DNA of 64,000 nt from Endomicrobiales bacterium (GCA_963794945.1 CAWCFT010000002.1:64001-128000), one strand, 5' to 3'. Shown: positions 1 through 10,876, counted from the first letter of the stretch. Numbers and translations are program-made. The notes: generated from the sequence alone by a model not told the origin.

Positions 1-877
1 CTTTACAAGAAATATGTATCCATAAACGATATACTGCAAACACTTTTCAAACTCCCGAGAAAAATTAAAAATACTATAAACTCTTCCTATGACACAGAAA
101 AACTCGCTAAACTTACTTTCGAAAAATTCGGCGAGAAAGAAGAGTTGGATGAGTACTCAAGAAAAGCGCTCAGTGACGGCCTTGGCTTTGAAGAAAAATT
201 CCTGATGGAACACGTTAAACAACAGAGTAAAACGCTGATTGCAGGCTGCGGGGCGGGCAGGGAAGCTATTGAGCTCTCAAAGAAAGGTTTTAATGCCACT
301 GGAGTGGATTTTCAACCGAAAATGCTTGAGCTGGCAAAACAGAACTCCGAGAAGCTCGGCCTGAAGATAGAACTTGCGCAGATGAACGCTACAAATCTTG
401 AGTTCAAAGAAAAAACTTTCGATGCTGTAGTGATGTTCGGTTCTATACTAGCCTACATTCCCGGAGCGGATAACAGGCTGAAGGCCCTGACCGAAGCTAA
501 AAGAGTGCTAAAAGGGGGAGGCTATATATTCATTTCAGTCCCGTCGAAACACAGCTCTTTAAAACATAACCTGTATTACCTTGCGATGGACAACATAAGA
601 AGTTTAGCGAATAGATTCGGCTTTAAAACCCTGGAAGCTGGCGACAGGATAGTTAAAAGGGTCAGCGGCAGCCTGCGTCTCAAGAGGAAAGTGCTTCTTC
701 CACATGTTCTCGCTTTCAGAAATGAAAGACAACCTCAAGGCCGCGGGATTCGAGTTTGTGGAGGCGCGGTCAAGAGAGGAGATCATAAGCGGAAACAATG
801 ACCCCTCTTCTACAGAGAAGGATTATTTTATGTATATTTGCGGGAGAAAACCGGGTGTTCTGAAAAGAAGAAACTGA
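1..877 (+). CDS. Class I SAM-dependent methyltransferase (5' end outside window; frameshift near 670-690)
   Basis: Frame 1 is open from base 1; motif IAGCGAGRE...GVDFQPKML, FDAVV, RVLKGGG. The plausible C-terminus (CFFHMFS...LKAAGFEFVE) continues in another frame to TGA 875-877. Confidence 0.75.
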
Positions 878-2049
878 TACACGTCATAACCAGGCTTGAT
901 AAAGGCGGTTCGGCGGAGTTAGCGCTTCTGGTTTGCCGCAGTATTAACCGCAGTAAATTTGACCCTGTGCTTGCATATGGGCAAAACCCTTCCGCCGATT
1001 ACAACACCTGCGATATACCCTGCGTGTATGTCCCGAGCCTCAAGCGTGAAATATCTCCGTTTAACGATTTCCTTTCTTTGATAAACCTTTACAAACTTTT
1101 CAAGAAAGAAAAGCCCGACATAATACAGACAAATTCGTCCAAAGCCGGCTTTCTGGGAAGGTGGGCAGCGTGGCTTTACAACCTGTCGCTTAGAATATCG
1201 GGCCGCGGCGCTGGGGCTGCCGCCGTTATCCACATGCCGCACGGGCATGTATTTTACGGCTATGGTTTCAGCAAAGCCAAAACAATGCTGTTCCTGGCCC
1301 TTGAGAGGATAAGTACCGCGATCACAGACAAACTTATTGCCATAACAGAAGGCGAAAAAAAGGAATCGCTAGCTTATGGTATAGGAGAACCTGGCCAGTG
1401 GGTAATAATCAACCCGGGGGTCAAATGCGAAGAGTTCGACCCATCTGAACGCAAAGAAAAAATACGTGCCAACCTCGGAATATCAAATGATGCCATAGTG
1501 GTAGGCACAGTTGCAAGGCACGAACCGGTGAAAGGCGTCGGTTATTTGATAGAAGCTGCCGGCCTTATCAAAAAACGTTCGGACAAAGATATCGTGTTTC
1601 TGATAGTAGGCGACGGCGCTTTAAGGAAGGAGCTCGAATCAAAAGCATCTGAGCTTGGCATCAAAGACAAAACTATTTTTACCGGCATGAGAGAAGACGT
1701 CCCTGACATGATGAGCGCTATGGATATTTTTGTTCAGCCTTCCCTTAACGAAGGCATGGGAAAGACCCTCGTGCAGGCGCATTCACTGGGGCTTCCGATA
1801 GTTGCGACCAGGGTGCAGGGCATTCCGGACGTAGTTGTTGACGGTATAACCGGCTTCCTTGTGCCGCCGGCTGACCCAAAGGCGCTCGCGGATAAGATAC
1901 TTGAACTGATAAACAACACCGCGCTGATAGAAAAAATGGGAAAAGCCGGGAAACAACGGGTCACAAGAAAAGAAGATGGCCTGTCTTGTTTCAGTGAAGA
2001 GAGGACAGTCCACCTGCTGGAAAAACTCTATGAAATCGTGTCAAAATAA
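838..2049 (+). CDS. GT4 glycosyltransferase
   Basis: HVITRLDKGGS, KGVGYLIEAA, FVQPSLNEGMGKTLVQA, GLPIVATRVQGIPDVV motifs; exact start uncertain. Confidence 0.9.
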   Translation: MREKTGCSEKKKLIHVITRLDKGGSAELALLVCRSINRSKFDPVLAYGQNPSADYNTCDIPCVYVPSLKREISPFNDFLSLINLYKLFKKEKPDIIQTNSSKAGFLGRWAAWLYNLSLRISGRGAGAAAVIHMPHGHVFYGYGFSKAKTMLFLALERISTAITDKLIAITEGEKKESLAYGIGEPGQWVIINPGVKCEEFDPSERKEKIRANLGISNDAIVVGTVARHEPVKGVGYLIEAAGLIKKRSDKDIVFLIVGDGALRKELESKASELGIKDKTIFTGMREDVPDMMSAMDIFVQPSLNEGMGKTLVQAHSLGLPIVATRVQGIPDVVVDGITGFLVPPADPKALADKILELINNTALIEKMGKAGKQRVTRKEDGLSCFSEERTVHLLEKLYEIVSK

Positions 2050-3445
2050 AATATTCATAGCTCTTGCGGCATTACTTATCTCCTGCTCGCCAGTGATATC
2101 CGAAGCCCGCGAAAGCCTTCAAACACTTTCTTGTATCATGCACATTCACTCGTCATACAGCGGCGGGAAGAACGGGAAATCTATCACTGAAATAGTCAGC
2201 GAAGCCAGATCAAAGGGCATTGACGCGGTTATACTGACCGATAAGGATGTTTTAAAGTGGGAATACGGCATATGGCCGCTTTCAAACCTTCTAAAATTCT
2301 CTTATTCACTACCTTCAGTGCTGTCGGTCGGCCCTCAAAAATATTTTGACAACGTGCGTTCGGTGGAAAAAGCATTTCCGGGAATGATAGTCATCCCGGG
2401 CGTTGAATCCGCGCCTTTCTACTACTGGAAAGGCAGCCCGTTCAACGGCACGCTTGAAATGATCGGGTGGCACAAACACATGCTGGTGTTCGGCATGGAT
2501 AAAGCTGATGATTACATCAACCTTCCAGTTGTAGAAAACCACAGCGCCGGAAGTTTCAACATTTTACTGCTCTGGCCGGTATTGCTGTTAGTAGCCGCGC
2601 TTACAGTAAATATGAAGAAAGCGGCAAGGATTGTCATAGCCGTCGCAGCATTGGTATTCCTGATCAACAATTACCCATTCCGCCATTTCGAATTCAACAT
2701 TTATTCAGGAGACCAGGGTGAAAAACCTTATCAGAAACTCATCGACTATGTGAACTCCAGAGGCGGGCTTATTTTCTGGGCGCATCCTGAAGCGCGCAAC
2801 AGGGAGCTGCCGCAAAAATACGGCCGTGTCAGCATTTCAACGTCGCGCTACGCGAAAAGTATTTTAGATACCATAGACTACACGGGGTTCGCTATTTTCA
2901 CGGAAGGCTGGCGGGAAACCGGAGGAGTAGGCGGATACTGGGACAAGGCGCTTGTCGAGTACTGCCAGGGCAAAAGATCGCGTCCGGTTTGGGCGGAAGG
3001 CGAGCTGGATTATGGCGAGAATTCTCTGCCGATGGAAAGTGTCCAGAACATCCTTTGGGTAAAAGAACGGTCTGAGCGGGGTATCTTTGAAGCGTTAAAG
3101 AAAGGTAATTTCTACGTAAAACAGGGTGTGAGCAAATGGAGCTTGCTTCTGGACGAATTTTATGTTTCCAGCGGCGGACAGGAAGCAATATGCGGCCAGG
3201 AGATTACTCATAACGGGCCGGTTCATATTCACATGCGTATATCCGCAACCGATAAATCTTCTCACAATGTAAAAGTCTCTATTGTCCGCAATGGAGCGAT
3301 CGTAAATATATTGGAAGCCGCGACACCAGCGGAACTAGTGTACCAGGACGCTGCCTCATGGCCCGGCACTTCATATTACAGGATCTATGCTGAAAGCGGC
3401 CCCCAAACCATCGCGACTAACCCCGTGTTTGTAATAAAGATGTGA
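2030..3445 (+). CDS. Exported/membrane PHP-like metallohydrolase
   Basis: Signal-like N-terminus, MHIHSSYS, VILTDKD, IPGVE, FWAHP motifs, internal TM hairpin, C-terminal Ig-like region ending TNPVFV. Confidence 0.65.
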   Translation: MKSCQNKIFIALAALLISCSPVISEARESLQTLSCIMHIHSSYSGGKNGKSITEIVSEARSKGIDAVILTDKDVLKWEYGIWPLSNLLKFSYSLPSVLSVGPQKYFDNVRSVEKAFPGMIVIPGVESAPFYYWKGSPFNGTLEMIGWHKHMLVFGMDKADDYINLPVVENHSAGSFNILLLWPVLLLVAALTVNMKKAARIVIAVAALVFLINNYPFRHFEFNIYSGDQGEKPYQKLIDYVNSRGGLIFWAHPEARNRELPQKYGRVSISTSRYAKSILDTIDYTGFAIFTEGWRETGGVGGYWDKALVEYCQGKRSRPVWAEGELDYGENSLPMESVQNILWVKERSERGIFEALKKGNFYVKQGVSKWSLLLDEFYVSSGGQEAICGQEITHNGPVHIHMRISATDKSSHNVKVSIVRNGAIVNILEAATPAELVYQDAASWPGTSYYRIYAESGPQTIATNPVFVIKM

Positions 3446-3476
3446 CATTACAAGTATTTTTTGTTATAATTACACT

Positions 3477-4178
3477 ATGATCCTAGCTGTGCATCAACCG
3501 CAGTACCTACCTTGGCTCGGTTACTTCCATAAGATCGCCAATTGCGATCTATTTCTCTTTCTTGATGACGTTCAATACAAAAAGCGTGAGTTCCAAAACA
3601 GGAACAAGATCAAGACCCCGAACGGCCCGTTGTGGCTGAGCGTCCCAGTGGTTACTAAGGGTCAATACACCCAGAACATACGCGACGTTAAGATCCTTCC
3701 TCAAGACGGCTGGGCGCAGGAACACCTCAAAAGCATAGAACACAACTATGCGAGAGCCGCTTTCTTCAATGAACACAAAGACTTTTTGCACAGCTTTTAC
3801 GCCGCCCCTCATGACACCCTTATTGAAGCTTCCATGTCTATGATAAACTACATCATGTCTTACCTAAAGATAAATACTCCTTTCAAAATGTCGTCAGAAT
3901 ACGGGGTCTCAACAACCTCTTCGGAAAGGATAGTTGACCTCTGCAAGAAGACCGGCGCCGACACCTATCTCTCCGGTGCAGGCGGGCGGGATTACATGGA
4001 CGAAGAACTTTTCCGCAGAAACAATATTAAGGTTATCTATCAGGAGTACAAGCACCCGGAGTATCCTCAGCTGCACGGAGCGTTCGAGCCTTATCTTACG
4101 GTGATGGACCTGATGTTGAACTGCGGGCCGCAAAGCCGCGAAATATTGTTAGGACAAAAACAGGATAAATCTCAATGA
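3477..4178 (+). CDS. WbqC-like family protein
   Basis: HQPQYLPWLGYFHKI...DDVQY...NRNKI and YLSGAGGRDY, YPQ signatures. Confidence 0.9.
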   Translation: MILAVHQPQYLPWLGYFHKIANCDLFLFLDDVQYKKREFQNRNKIKTPNGPLWLSVPVVTKGQYTQNIRDVKILPQDGWAQEHLKSIEHNYARAAFFNEHKDFLHSFYAAPHDTLIEASMSMINYIMSYLKINTPFKMSSEYGVSTTSSERIVDLCKKTGADTYLSGAGGRDYMDEELFRRNNIKVIYQEYKHPEYPQLHGAFEPYLTVMDLMLNCGPQSREILLGQKQDKSQ

Positions 4179-4255
4179 CCAAATCCCAATCAACAACATG
4201 TTCGGCCTTTGATGTTTTGGGATTTTGGATTTATCTTATTGGGATTTAACAAAAT

Positions 4256-5052
4256 ATGTACGAACAATACTGGAACCTTAAAATCAAGCCCTTCGAGAAC
4301 ACTCCTGACCCGAAGTTCTTATATAACTCTCCCCAGCACGAAGAGGGCCTCAACAGGATGCTCTATGTGGTCAAGGAAAAAAAAGGCGCGGGGCTTCTTA
4401 CAGGCGTGTACGGCTGCGGCAAAACCCTGTTTGCAAGGTCGCTGATGAAAGAGCTTGAAAGTTCCGTTTATAAAGTGGCCATCCTTACGAACCCAAGGCT
4501 TGACGATGTCGAGATGCTCCGCATGATAGCTTACAATTTAGGTATCGCGAGCCGCCCACCCGCAAAGCGGATATTCTTATAACCCTTGAAAGAGTCCTCC
4601 AGAACAATATAAACGACGGAAAAAAGACAGTCGTTGTAATAGACGAAGCTCACACAATTGAAGATAAAAATATATTTGAAGAACTGCGGCTTCTTATTGA
4701 ATTATCAGTCTGACGACAAATTTCTTCTGACTTTACTTATACTTGGCCAGCCGGAACTCAAGGAGAAAATAGAGACCAACAAACAACTCAACCAGCGTAT
4801 AGCGATGAGGTTTTTTCTTGAAGCTCTTAACCACTCCGAAACCGAACTATATCCAGCACCGCATGGATGTGGCCGGGGGAAGTACATCGCTTTTTGATCA
4901 GATGCCCTGGCACCATACATGAACGTTCCGGCGGGATACCCAGAAGGATAAACCAGCTGTGCGATTCGGCGCTTCTGACGGGTACGGAAAGAACTCAAAA
5001 ATTATAGACAGCGAACTTGTGCAGGAAACTATAAAGAGTCTTGTCATTATAA
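4256..5052 (+). CDS. ExeA/GspA-like AAA ATPase (split by several frameshifts; 3' end approximate)
   Basis: MYEQYWNLKIKPFENTPDPKF, Walker A GVYGCGKT, VVVIDEAH, LILGQPEL, SGGIPRRINQLCD read across frames. Confidence 0.8.
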
Positions 5053-5073
5053 GCTCCAAAAGTGAGGTGAAAA

Positions 5074-5712
5074 ATGAAGATACTTGCGATCGGGGCTCAT
5101 CCGGATGATCTAATGAGTACGGCTCGCGGTGGAGACGCTTTAACAAGCTCGCGTATAAGCGTCCAAAGCGGGCAAGATAAACCTCCTGATAATGACGCGA
5201 GGCGACATTGGCGGCAAACCTGACATGCGCCAGAAAGAACAGGAGCGCTCGGGCAAAATATTGGACGCCAAGCTCTACTGGGGCAGGTTTTCCGATACAC
5301 AGATCCCGCTGCAGAAAGAGACAATTAACACGATCGAGTTCTTTATTAAGAAGATACAGCCGGACATTATATTCACGCCTATTACAATGACACTCACCAG
5401 GACCACAGGGTTGTTTCCCAGGCCACGGTGACAGCGGCCAGGTACGTTCACAACGTACTTTTTTATGAGACACCAAGCACGATCGAATTTACGCCGGCGA
5501 GCGTTTTTGTTGATATCGAACAGGTGCTTAAAAATAAATTAGAACTTTTGAAAGCGCATAAATCTCAGGTCTTCTCCACAAGGATAGCCAACCTGTCTAT
5601 CCTCGAAGCTTCACAGTCAACAGCTTTATTCCGGGGCGTTCAGAACCGCGTAAAATACGCGGAAAGCTTCGTACCGCTGCGGCTTTCAATGGACAATCTA
5701 AATGGATTCTAA
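5074..5712 (+). CDS. PIG-L/LmbE family de-N-acetylase (frameshifted)
   Basis: MKILAIGAHPDD at 5074 after GAGG RBS; TRGDIGG..R.KE; DTHQDHRVV in alternate frame; YETPS, HKSQ, YAESF. Confidence 0.8.
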
Positions 5713-6853
5713 CACATCCTGGCGTAAAGCCTACTATATACTGCTAGTCATCCTTCTTGTAACGCTCCTGCAGATAAAAGGAGGAACGTGGGCCTGGGCT
5801 TTTAACATTTGGGATACTACCTGGAACATACGCTGGATATATGTGTTCCTGGTATCGTTCATAGTGGCGCAATTGGCAACACCGATCGTGATAAAGCTGG
5901 CCTGGCATTTCAAGGTGCTGGACTACCCCGACGCCAGGAAGCTTCACGGACAACCGATTCCCAGGATGGGCGGCCTCGCTATTTTCGCTTCCATAATAAT
6001 CGCGACTTTGAGAAATTATCAGTTCTCAGCCCAGCTGATGTGGCTCGTGATAGGCGGCTCAATAATTTACATACTCGGGTTCATCGATGACATCCATCCT
6101 TTGCCGGCAGTATTGCGCCTTGCCATCCAGCTGATCGCCTGCCTTGCCGTGATCAACGGAGGTGTGTTTATCACGTCAATACCTTATTACTGGCCGATGG
6201 CTCATCTTATAAGAATAATACTGACCATCCTGTGGCTCATGGGTATGGCGAACGCTATAAATTTTCTCGACGGGGTTGACGGCCTGGTCTCGGGGATGGT
6301 AACGATAAGCGCGCTGCTGTTCTTTATAATCGCCTGGCCCACAAGGCAGAGCTACCTTGCCTACCTGGTCATCGCGATAGCCGGCGCGTGCCTTGGATTT
6401 TTGCCTTACAACTGGAAGCCGGCCAAGACTTTCATGGGTGACGCAAGCGCAACGTTCCTGGGGTTTATGATAGCCGGAACCGCTGTTATGGGTTCATGGA
6501 CGTACCATAACGTAATGATCTCCATAGCCACGCCTCTTTTGATACTCGGCATACCTATTTTCGATATGATCTATACTACTATTTCCAGGTTTTATTACGG
6601 GAAAGTGCACACATTCAAAGAATGGCTCGAATACACCGGCAGGGACCATTTCCATCATCGGTTGATGAACATTAATTTGTCCGAGAAACATACCGTGATC
6701 TTTATATGGATGCTGAATATCTGCCTGGGCATTGGAGCCGTGGTCATCAGGGACACGGGCACTATACACTCAGTGCTTGTGCTTATTCAGTCTACCATGA
6801 TACTGCTTATTATCACAGTGATCATGATAGCGGGAAGGAATTCAAAACAATAA
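5702..6853 (+). CDS. MraY/WecA family polyprenyl-phosphate sugar-1-phosphate transferase
   Basis: RKLHGQPIPRMGGLAI, GFIDD, NAINFLDGVDGL, FMGDAS, DHFHHRL; many TM helices. Confidence 0.9.
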   Translation: MDSNTSWRKAYYILLVILLVTLLQIKGGTWAWAFNIWDTTWNIRWIYVFLVSFIVAQLATPIVIKLAWHFKVLDYPDARKLHGQPIPRMGGLAIFASIIIATLRNYQFSAQLMWLVIGGSIIYILGFIDDIHPLPAVLRLAIQLIACLAVINGGVFITSIPYYWPMAHLIRIILTILWLMGMANAINFLDGVDGLVSGMVTISALLFFIIAWPTRQSYLAYLVIAIAGACLGFLPYNWKPAKTFMGDASATFLGFMIAGTAVMGSWTYHNVMISIATPLLILGIPIFDMIYTTISRFYYGKVHTFKEWLEYTGRDHFHHRLMNINLSEKHTVIFIWMLNICLGIGAVVIRDTGTIHSVLVLIQSTMILLIITVIMIAGRNSKQ

Positions 6854-6861
6854 ATTACGTA

Positions 6862-7025
6862 AAGATAATTTCGAATATCTAAATCCGAATTTCGAAACAA
6901 TAGGCAAAAATCAAACTGCAAAACGACAATATCTAACAAGGCATGCATAAATTGAATTTCTTTGGTTATTGAAACATTTTCTGTTTGTAATTTTTTTCGA
7001 AATTCGTGCTTCGGATTTAGGATTT
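6862..7025. repeat. Palindromic intergenic repeat, TTCGAA family, copy 1
   Basis: AAGATAATTTCGAA...AAATCCGAA / TTCGGATTTAGGATTT arms; homologous copy at 13029-13192. Confidence 0.75.
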
Positions 7026-7119
7026 AAAGGTACCTAGCCAAAGGTAAGGCACGACACAATCAAGTAAGAAATAATGTTTGGGTTATTACATCAAGATTAA
7101 AATTTGGAGGAAAGTGTAA

Positions 7120-7875
7120 ATGAATAAGTTGTCAGCGTTGTTGTCTTGTTGTATTTTTTTTGTTCTGGCCGCAAACTGTGAAGCAAGGATAAACGTCCTT
7201 GAACTCTGGCACCCGGGAGTTGACGCCTCTATCGGCTTGCCGTCAAGCTACATGTTACGGGCGGCTTTTCTATCAGGTGACCATTTTTTTGAGATCCCGG
7301 CGGAATTCACATATGTAACATCCCAGAATATTGAAGTCGGCGGAAGGTGGGGAGTAAAATCCAACAGCGGCAGCAACGGTATAGACGACCTGATGATCGG
7401 AGGCAAATACGTGTTCGCTAAAGAAACAGGCCAGGCTCCGGGGATCCTTGGCGAGGCCGCCGTATCTCTGCCGACCGGCAGTTTTTCAGACGGCACCGGC
7501 ACCGGCTCAACAGATTTTCTGCTTCACTGGGCAGCCGTAAAACAGATCTCTAAATACGAAGGCACGTTCGGCTTAGGCGTAAGGCTAAACGGAGAGAACA
7601 GCGATAATTTGACAGCGGGCAACGTTTTCTTCTACCACGTTGGAGCGTCCTATCCTTTGCAGAGCGACACCACTGTATATGGAGAACTGAAAGGTTATTC
7701 TCACGGGAAATCGGCGCTTAATGGAGTAACGCTAAATGACGATTACAGGGAACTGTACCTCGCGCCCGGAGTCGATTATTCACTGGACAGCGCCTGGAAA
7801 TTCAGCTGTTCGCTGCTTATTGGGCTGACTTCTCAGTCTAACGACCTTGGTCTTATCGTGAGCACCAAATTTTAA
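7120..7875 (+). CDS. Putative outer-membrane beta-barrel (transporter-like)
   Basis: GGAGG RBS, signal peptide, SLPTG motif, alternating beta pattern, C-terminal Phe. Confidence 0.6.
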   Translation: MNKLSALLSCCIFFVLAANCEARINVLELWHPGVDASIGLPSSYMLRAAFLSGDHFFEIPAEFTYVTSQNIEVGGRWGVKSNSGSNGIDDLMIGGKYVFAKETGQAPGILGEAAVSLPTGSFSDGTGTGSTDFLLHWAAVKQISKYEGTFGLGVRLNGENSDNLTAGNVFFYHVGASYPLQSDTTVYGELKGYSHGKSALNGVTLNDDYRELYLAPGVDYSLDSAWKFSCSLLIGLTSQSNDLGLIVSTKF

Positions 7876-7921
7876 AGAATTATTTAAACTTGGAATTCAA
7901 AACTAAAACACAGGAGAGCTA

Positions 7922-9220
7922 ATGAAAACTTTTGTTCTTGACACAAACGTTTTACTGCACGACCCGGAAGCGATGTTCGCGTTCGGCGACAACCGCGTAA
8001 TAATACCGATGACCGTCATCGAAGAACTCGACAGCTTTAAAAGGCTCAACGATGAAAGGGGAAGAGGGGCCAGGCTCATCTCCCGCAGGCTCGACGGCCT
8101 TCGCACGCAGGGAAAACTTTCAAACGGCGTAAAGCTTAAGAACGGCGGCACACTGGTCATAGCGCTGGATATGCAGGTAAAATTGCCTGACGAGCTGATC
8201 CTTTCTAAGGCTGACCACCACATCCTTGGCGCGGCTATCCAGCTGCAGCAGAAAGGCGAAAAAGTCTTTTTTATCACGAAAGACATAAACCTGAGAATTA
8301 AAGCTGAAGCGCTGGGACTGGAAGCCCAGGATTATGAGAAGGAAAAGGTAAAAGTTGAGGAACTGTACTCCGGCTGGAGGGAGATCAATGTCTCGTCCGC
8401 CAAGATAGACCTTTTTTATAAAGAGGGCAAGCTCGTTATAAAAAACGATTTCTACCCGAATGAAGGCATAATCTTAAAAGATGAGAACGGCTCTTCAAAG
8501 AGCGCGATAACAAAATACAGTTCGCAAAAGAAAGCGCTTATCCCGCTTTTCCATCTCAATTCCAACCCGTGGGGCCTCAAGGCGTTAAATATCGAGCAGC
8601 GTTTCGCGATCGAACTTCTCTTGTGCAACGACGTAAACCTTGTGACATTGATAGGGATACCAGGCGCGGGAAAAACATTATTGTCCCTTGCCTGCGGCCT
8701 CCAGAAAACTGTTGAGGAAAAACAGTTCAGGCGCTTGTTCGTGGCCAGGCCCATTATGCCCGTGGGAAGGGATATAGGGTTCCTTCCGGGTTCAAAAGAA
8801 GAGAAACTGACATCCTGGATGGGAGCAATATATGATAACCTTGAGTTCCTGGTAGACCGCACACGCCCGGAAGAAAGCAGCGAAGACAAAATCCAGTACT
8901 TCTTTACTACCGGACAGATAGAGATAGAGGCTCTGACATATATCAGGGGCCGTTCGCTGCCCAACCAGTATATAATAATAGACGACGCGCAAAACCTTAC
9001 ACCTCACGAGGTTAAAACGATAATCTCAAGGGCCGGTACGGGCACTAAAATAGTTATGACCGGCGACCCATACCAGATAGATAACCCCTACCTGGACGCG
9101 TCATCCAACGGGCTGACTTATCTCGTGGAACGCTTTAAAGGTCAGGAAATGTTCGGCCACCTGAATTTCACAAAAAGCGAACGCAGCAACCTCGCGGCCC
9201 TGGCGGCGGAACTGTTGTAA
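7922..9220 (+). CDS. phoH: PIN-PhoH (PhoH2) protein
   Basis: FVLDTNVLLHDP PIN domain; GIPGAGKT, IGFLPG, YIRGRS, DDAQNLT, MTGDPYQID. Confidence 0.92.
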   Translation: MKTFVLDTNVLLHDPEAMFAFGDNRVIIPMTVIEELDSFKRLNDERGRGARLISRRLDGLRTQGKLSNGVKLKNGGTLVIALDMQVKLPDELILSKADHHILGAAIQLQQKGEKVFFITKDINLRIKAEALGLEAQDYEKEKVKVEELYSGWREINVSSAKIDLFYKEGKLVIKNDFYPNEGIILKDENGSSKSAITKYSSQKKALIPLFHLNSNPWGLKALNIEQRFAIELLLCNDVNLVTLIGIPGAGKTLLSLACGLQKTVEEKQFRRLFVARPIMPVGRDIGFLPGSKEEKLTSWMGAIYDNLEFLVDRTRPEESSEDKIQYFFTTGQIEIEALTYIRGRSLPNQYIIIDDAQNLTPHEVKTIISRAGTGTKIVMTGDPYQIDNPYLDASSNGLTYLVERFKGQEMFGHLNFTKSERSNLAALAAELL

Positions 9221-9225
9221 TCAAG

Positions 9226-9592
9226 TCAAAGATCAAATATTAAATATCAAAATTTAGGTTAACAACTTTGATAAAATGAACCTCCGCGCAGCAAGCAGCG
9301 CGGTATCAGATGAATTTTATCTTTCTTCCTCGCCCTAGATGGGAGAGGATTGAGGTGAGGGTGAGCTTTCAAGTGCAGCTTTTTATTTAGCCCCCTCATC
9401 CTAACCTTCTTCCTTATCGGGCCCTTTGGGTTGGCCCTCAAGGCCCAAAGTCTTACCCGCCAGCGGAAGAAGATATATTCGGTAACCCCGCAGAAAGTCG
9501 AAGATCCGCCGGGGCGGGCTGCGGGGAATAGTCAAGTTTAAATAGTTTTGAATATTGATCTGTATTTTTGACATTTGATTTTTGATATTTAA
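9226..9592. repeat. Nested composite palindromic repeat, copy 1
   Basis: Outer TCAAA(T/G)A heptamer arms around a ~260-bp core (GGGAGAGGATTGAGGTGAGGGTGA...CCCCTCATCCTAACCTTCT) also found at 10555-10812. Confidence 0.85.
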
Positions 9593-9606
9593 TTTTTAGT
9601 ATAACT

Positions 9607-10485
9607 ATGACAACCAACAAATACGTTGACCTTCATATACACACGAATTACTCGGATGGGGTACTGACACCGCAGGAAGTTGTGCGCCGCGCGAAAGAGG
9701 TGGGGCTTGCCGCAATAAGCATTACCGACCACGATTGCGCCGACGGTATAGACGCCGCGATCGAAGAGGGGCTGAAAATCGGCGTAGAGATTATTCCGGG
9801 CGTCGAGCTTTCCACCGAAGTTGAGTGCGTTGAACGAAGCGAGATGCACATACTCGGCTACTACATCAACTGGAAGAACGAACAGTTCAAGGACTCTCTT
9901 TCTCTCTTCCGTAAAAGCCGCCAAAAACGCGCCTGCCTTATCCTTGAAAAACTTTCTAAACTGGGTGTATATCTCACGGACGAAAAACTCACGGGCGGGC
10001 CGGAATCATTTGCGATAGGCAGGCTGCATTTCGCAAAAGCGCTGATCAATGATGGTTATGTTTCAACAATAAACGAGGCGTTCCAGAAATACCTCTCTTT
10101 CGGTAAACCCGCCTACGTCCCAAAATTCCATTTGACGCCGGAAGACGCCATAAAAATGATACTCAAAACCGGCGGCATACCTGTTTTGGCGCACCCTTAT
10201 TACGGACATTACTCAAACAAGAACCTTATCAAGGGGCTTGTGCGCGACGGCCTGGCAGGCATGGAAGTCTGGCACACAAAGCACCCGGCTTCGACTATTA
10301 GCCATTTCACTGCTTTGGCCAATGAGTTCGGGCTTCTTGCAACCGGCGGTTCGGACTGCCACGGAGGGTTCAACGGTGAGCCGCCTATAATAGGTTCAAT
10401 TAAAATACCCTACAGTGTTGTTGAAAATCTAAAAAAGTTTAAAGAGAACAAAGACAAACTCAACAGCACAATATTAGACCAATAA
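9607..10485 (+). CDS. PHP domain protein (TrpH/YciV-like)
   Basis: DLHIHTNYSDG, ITDHD, PGVELST, HILGY, VLAHP, TGGSDCHG. Confidence 0.9.
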   Translation: MTTNKYVDLHIHTNYSDGVLTPQEVVRRAKEVGLAAISITDHDCADGIDAAIEEGLKIGVEIIPGVELSTEVECVERSEMHILGYYINWKNEQFKDSLSLFRKSRQKRACLILEKLSKLGVYLTDEKLTGGPESFAIGRLHFAKALINDGYVSTINEAFQKYLSFGKPAYVPKFHLTPEDAIKMILKTGGIPVLAHPYYGHYSNKNLIKGLVRDGLAGMEVWHTKHPASTISHFTALANEFGLLATGGSDCHGGFNGEPPIIGSIKIPYSVVENLKKFKENKDKLNSTILDQ

Positions 10486-10852
10486 CAATATCAAAAATTA
10501 AAGATCAAATATCAAAAATACAGGTCAAAACTTAAAAATATAGACTATTTATAGAACCACCGCACAGTCAAGCAAGGCGGGATGCGATATCAAATATATT
10601 TTGTCTGTTCTTCCTCTCCATTGATGGGAGAGGATTGAGGTGAGGGTGAGTTGTCAAATGTAACTTATATTTAGACCCCTCATCCCAACCTTCTTCCTTA
10701 TCGGCCCCTTTGGGCTGGCCCTCAAGGCCCAAAGTCTTACCCACAAGGGGAGAAGATAAATTCGGTAACCCCCGCCGTCCCGCCATGGCGGGATGGGGAA
10801 TTGTCAAGTTAAAGCCGTAGCCTTAATTTTGACATTTGATTTTTGATTTTTT
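10486..10852. repeat. Nested composite palindromic repeat, copy 2
   Basis: Direct-orientation homologue of 9226-9592 with the same outer heptamer arms. Confidence 0.85.
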
Positions 10853-10876
10853 ATCTCTTCGTTAGCTGGAGGCGTC

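Noticed and set aside
7922..9220. PIN-PhoH2 as part of a toxin-antitoxin pair
   Set aside because: No small antitoxin ORF upstream; the 46-bp gap follows a barrel gene
10568..10807. ORFs 10568-10807 and 9259-9441 as genes
   Set aside because: They are translations of the intergenic repeat, useful only for showing the repeat-derived peptide in ParB paralogue 2
9226..10852. CRISPR array
   Set aside because: Only two long composite copies separated by a gene; no regular repeat-spacer periodicity and no cas genes
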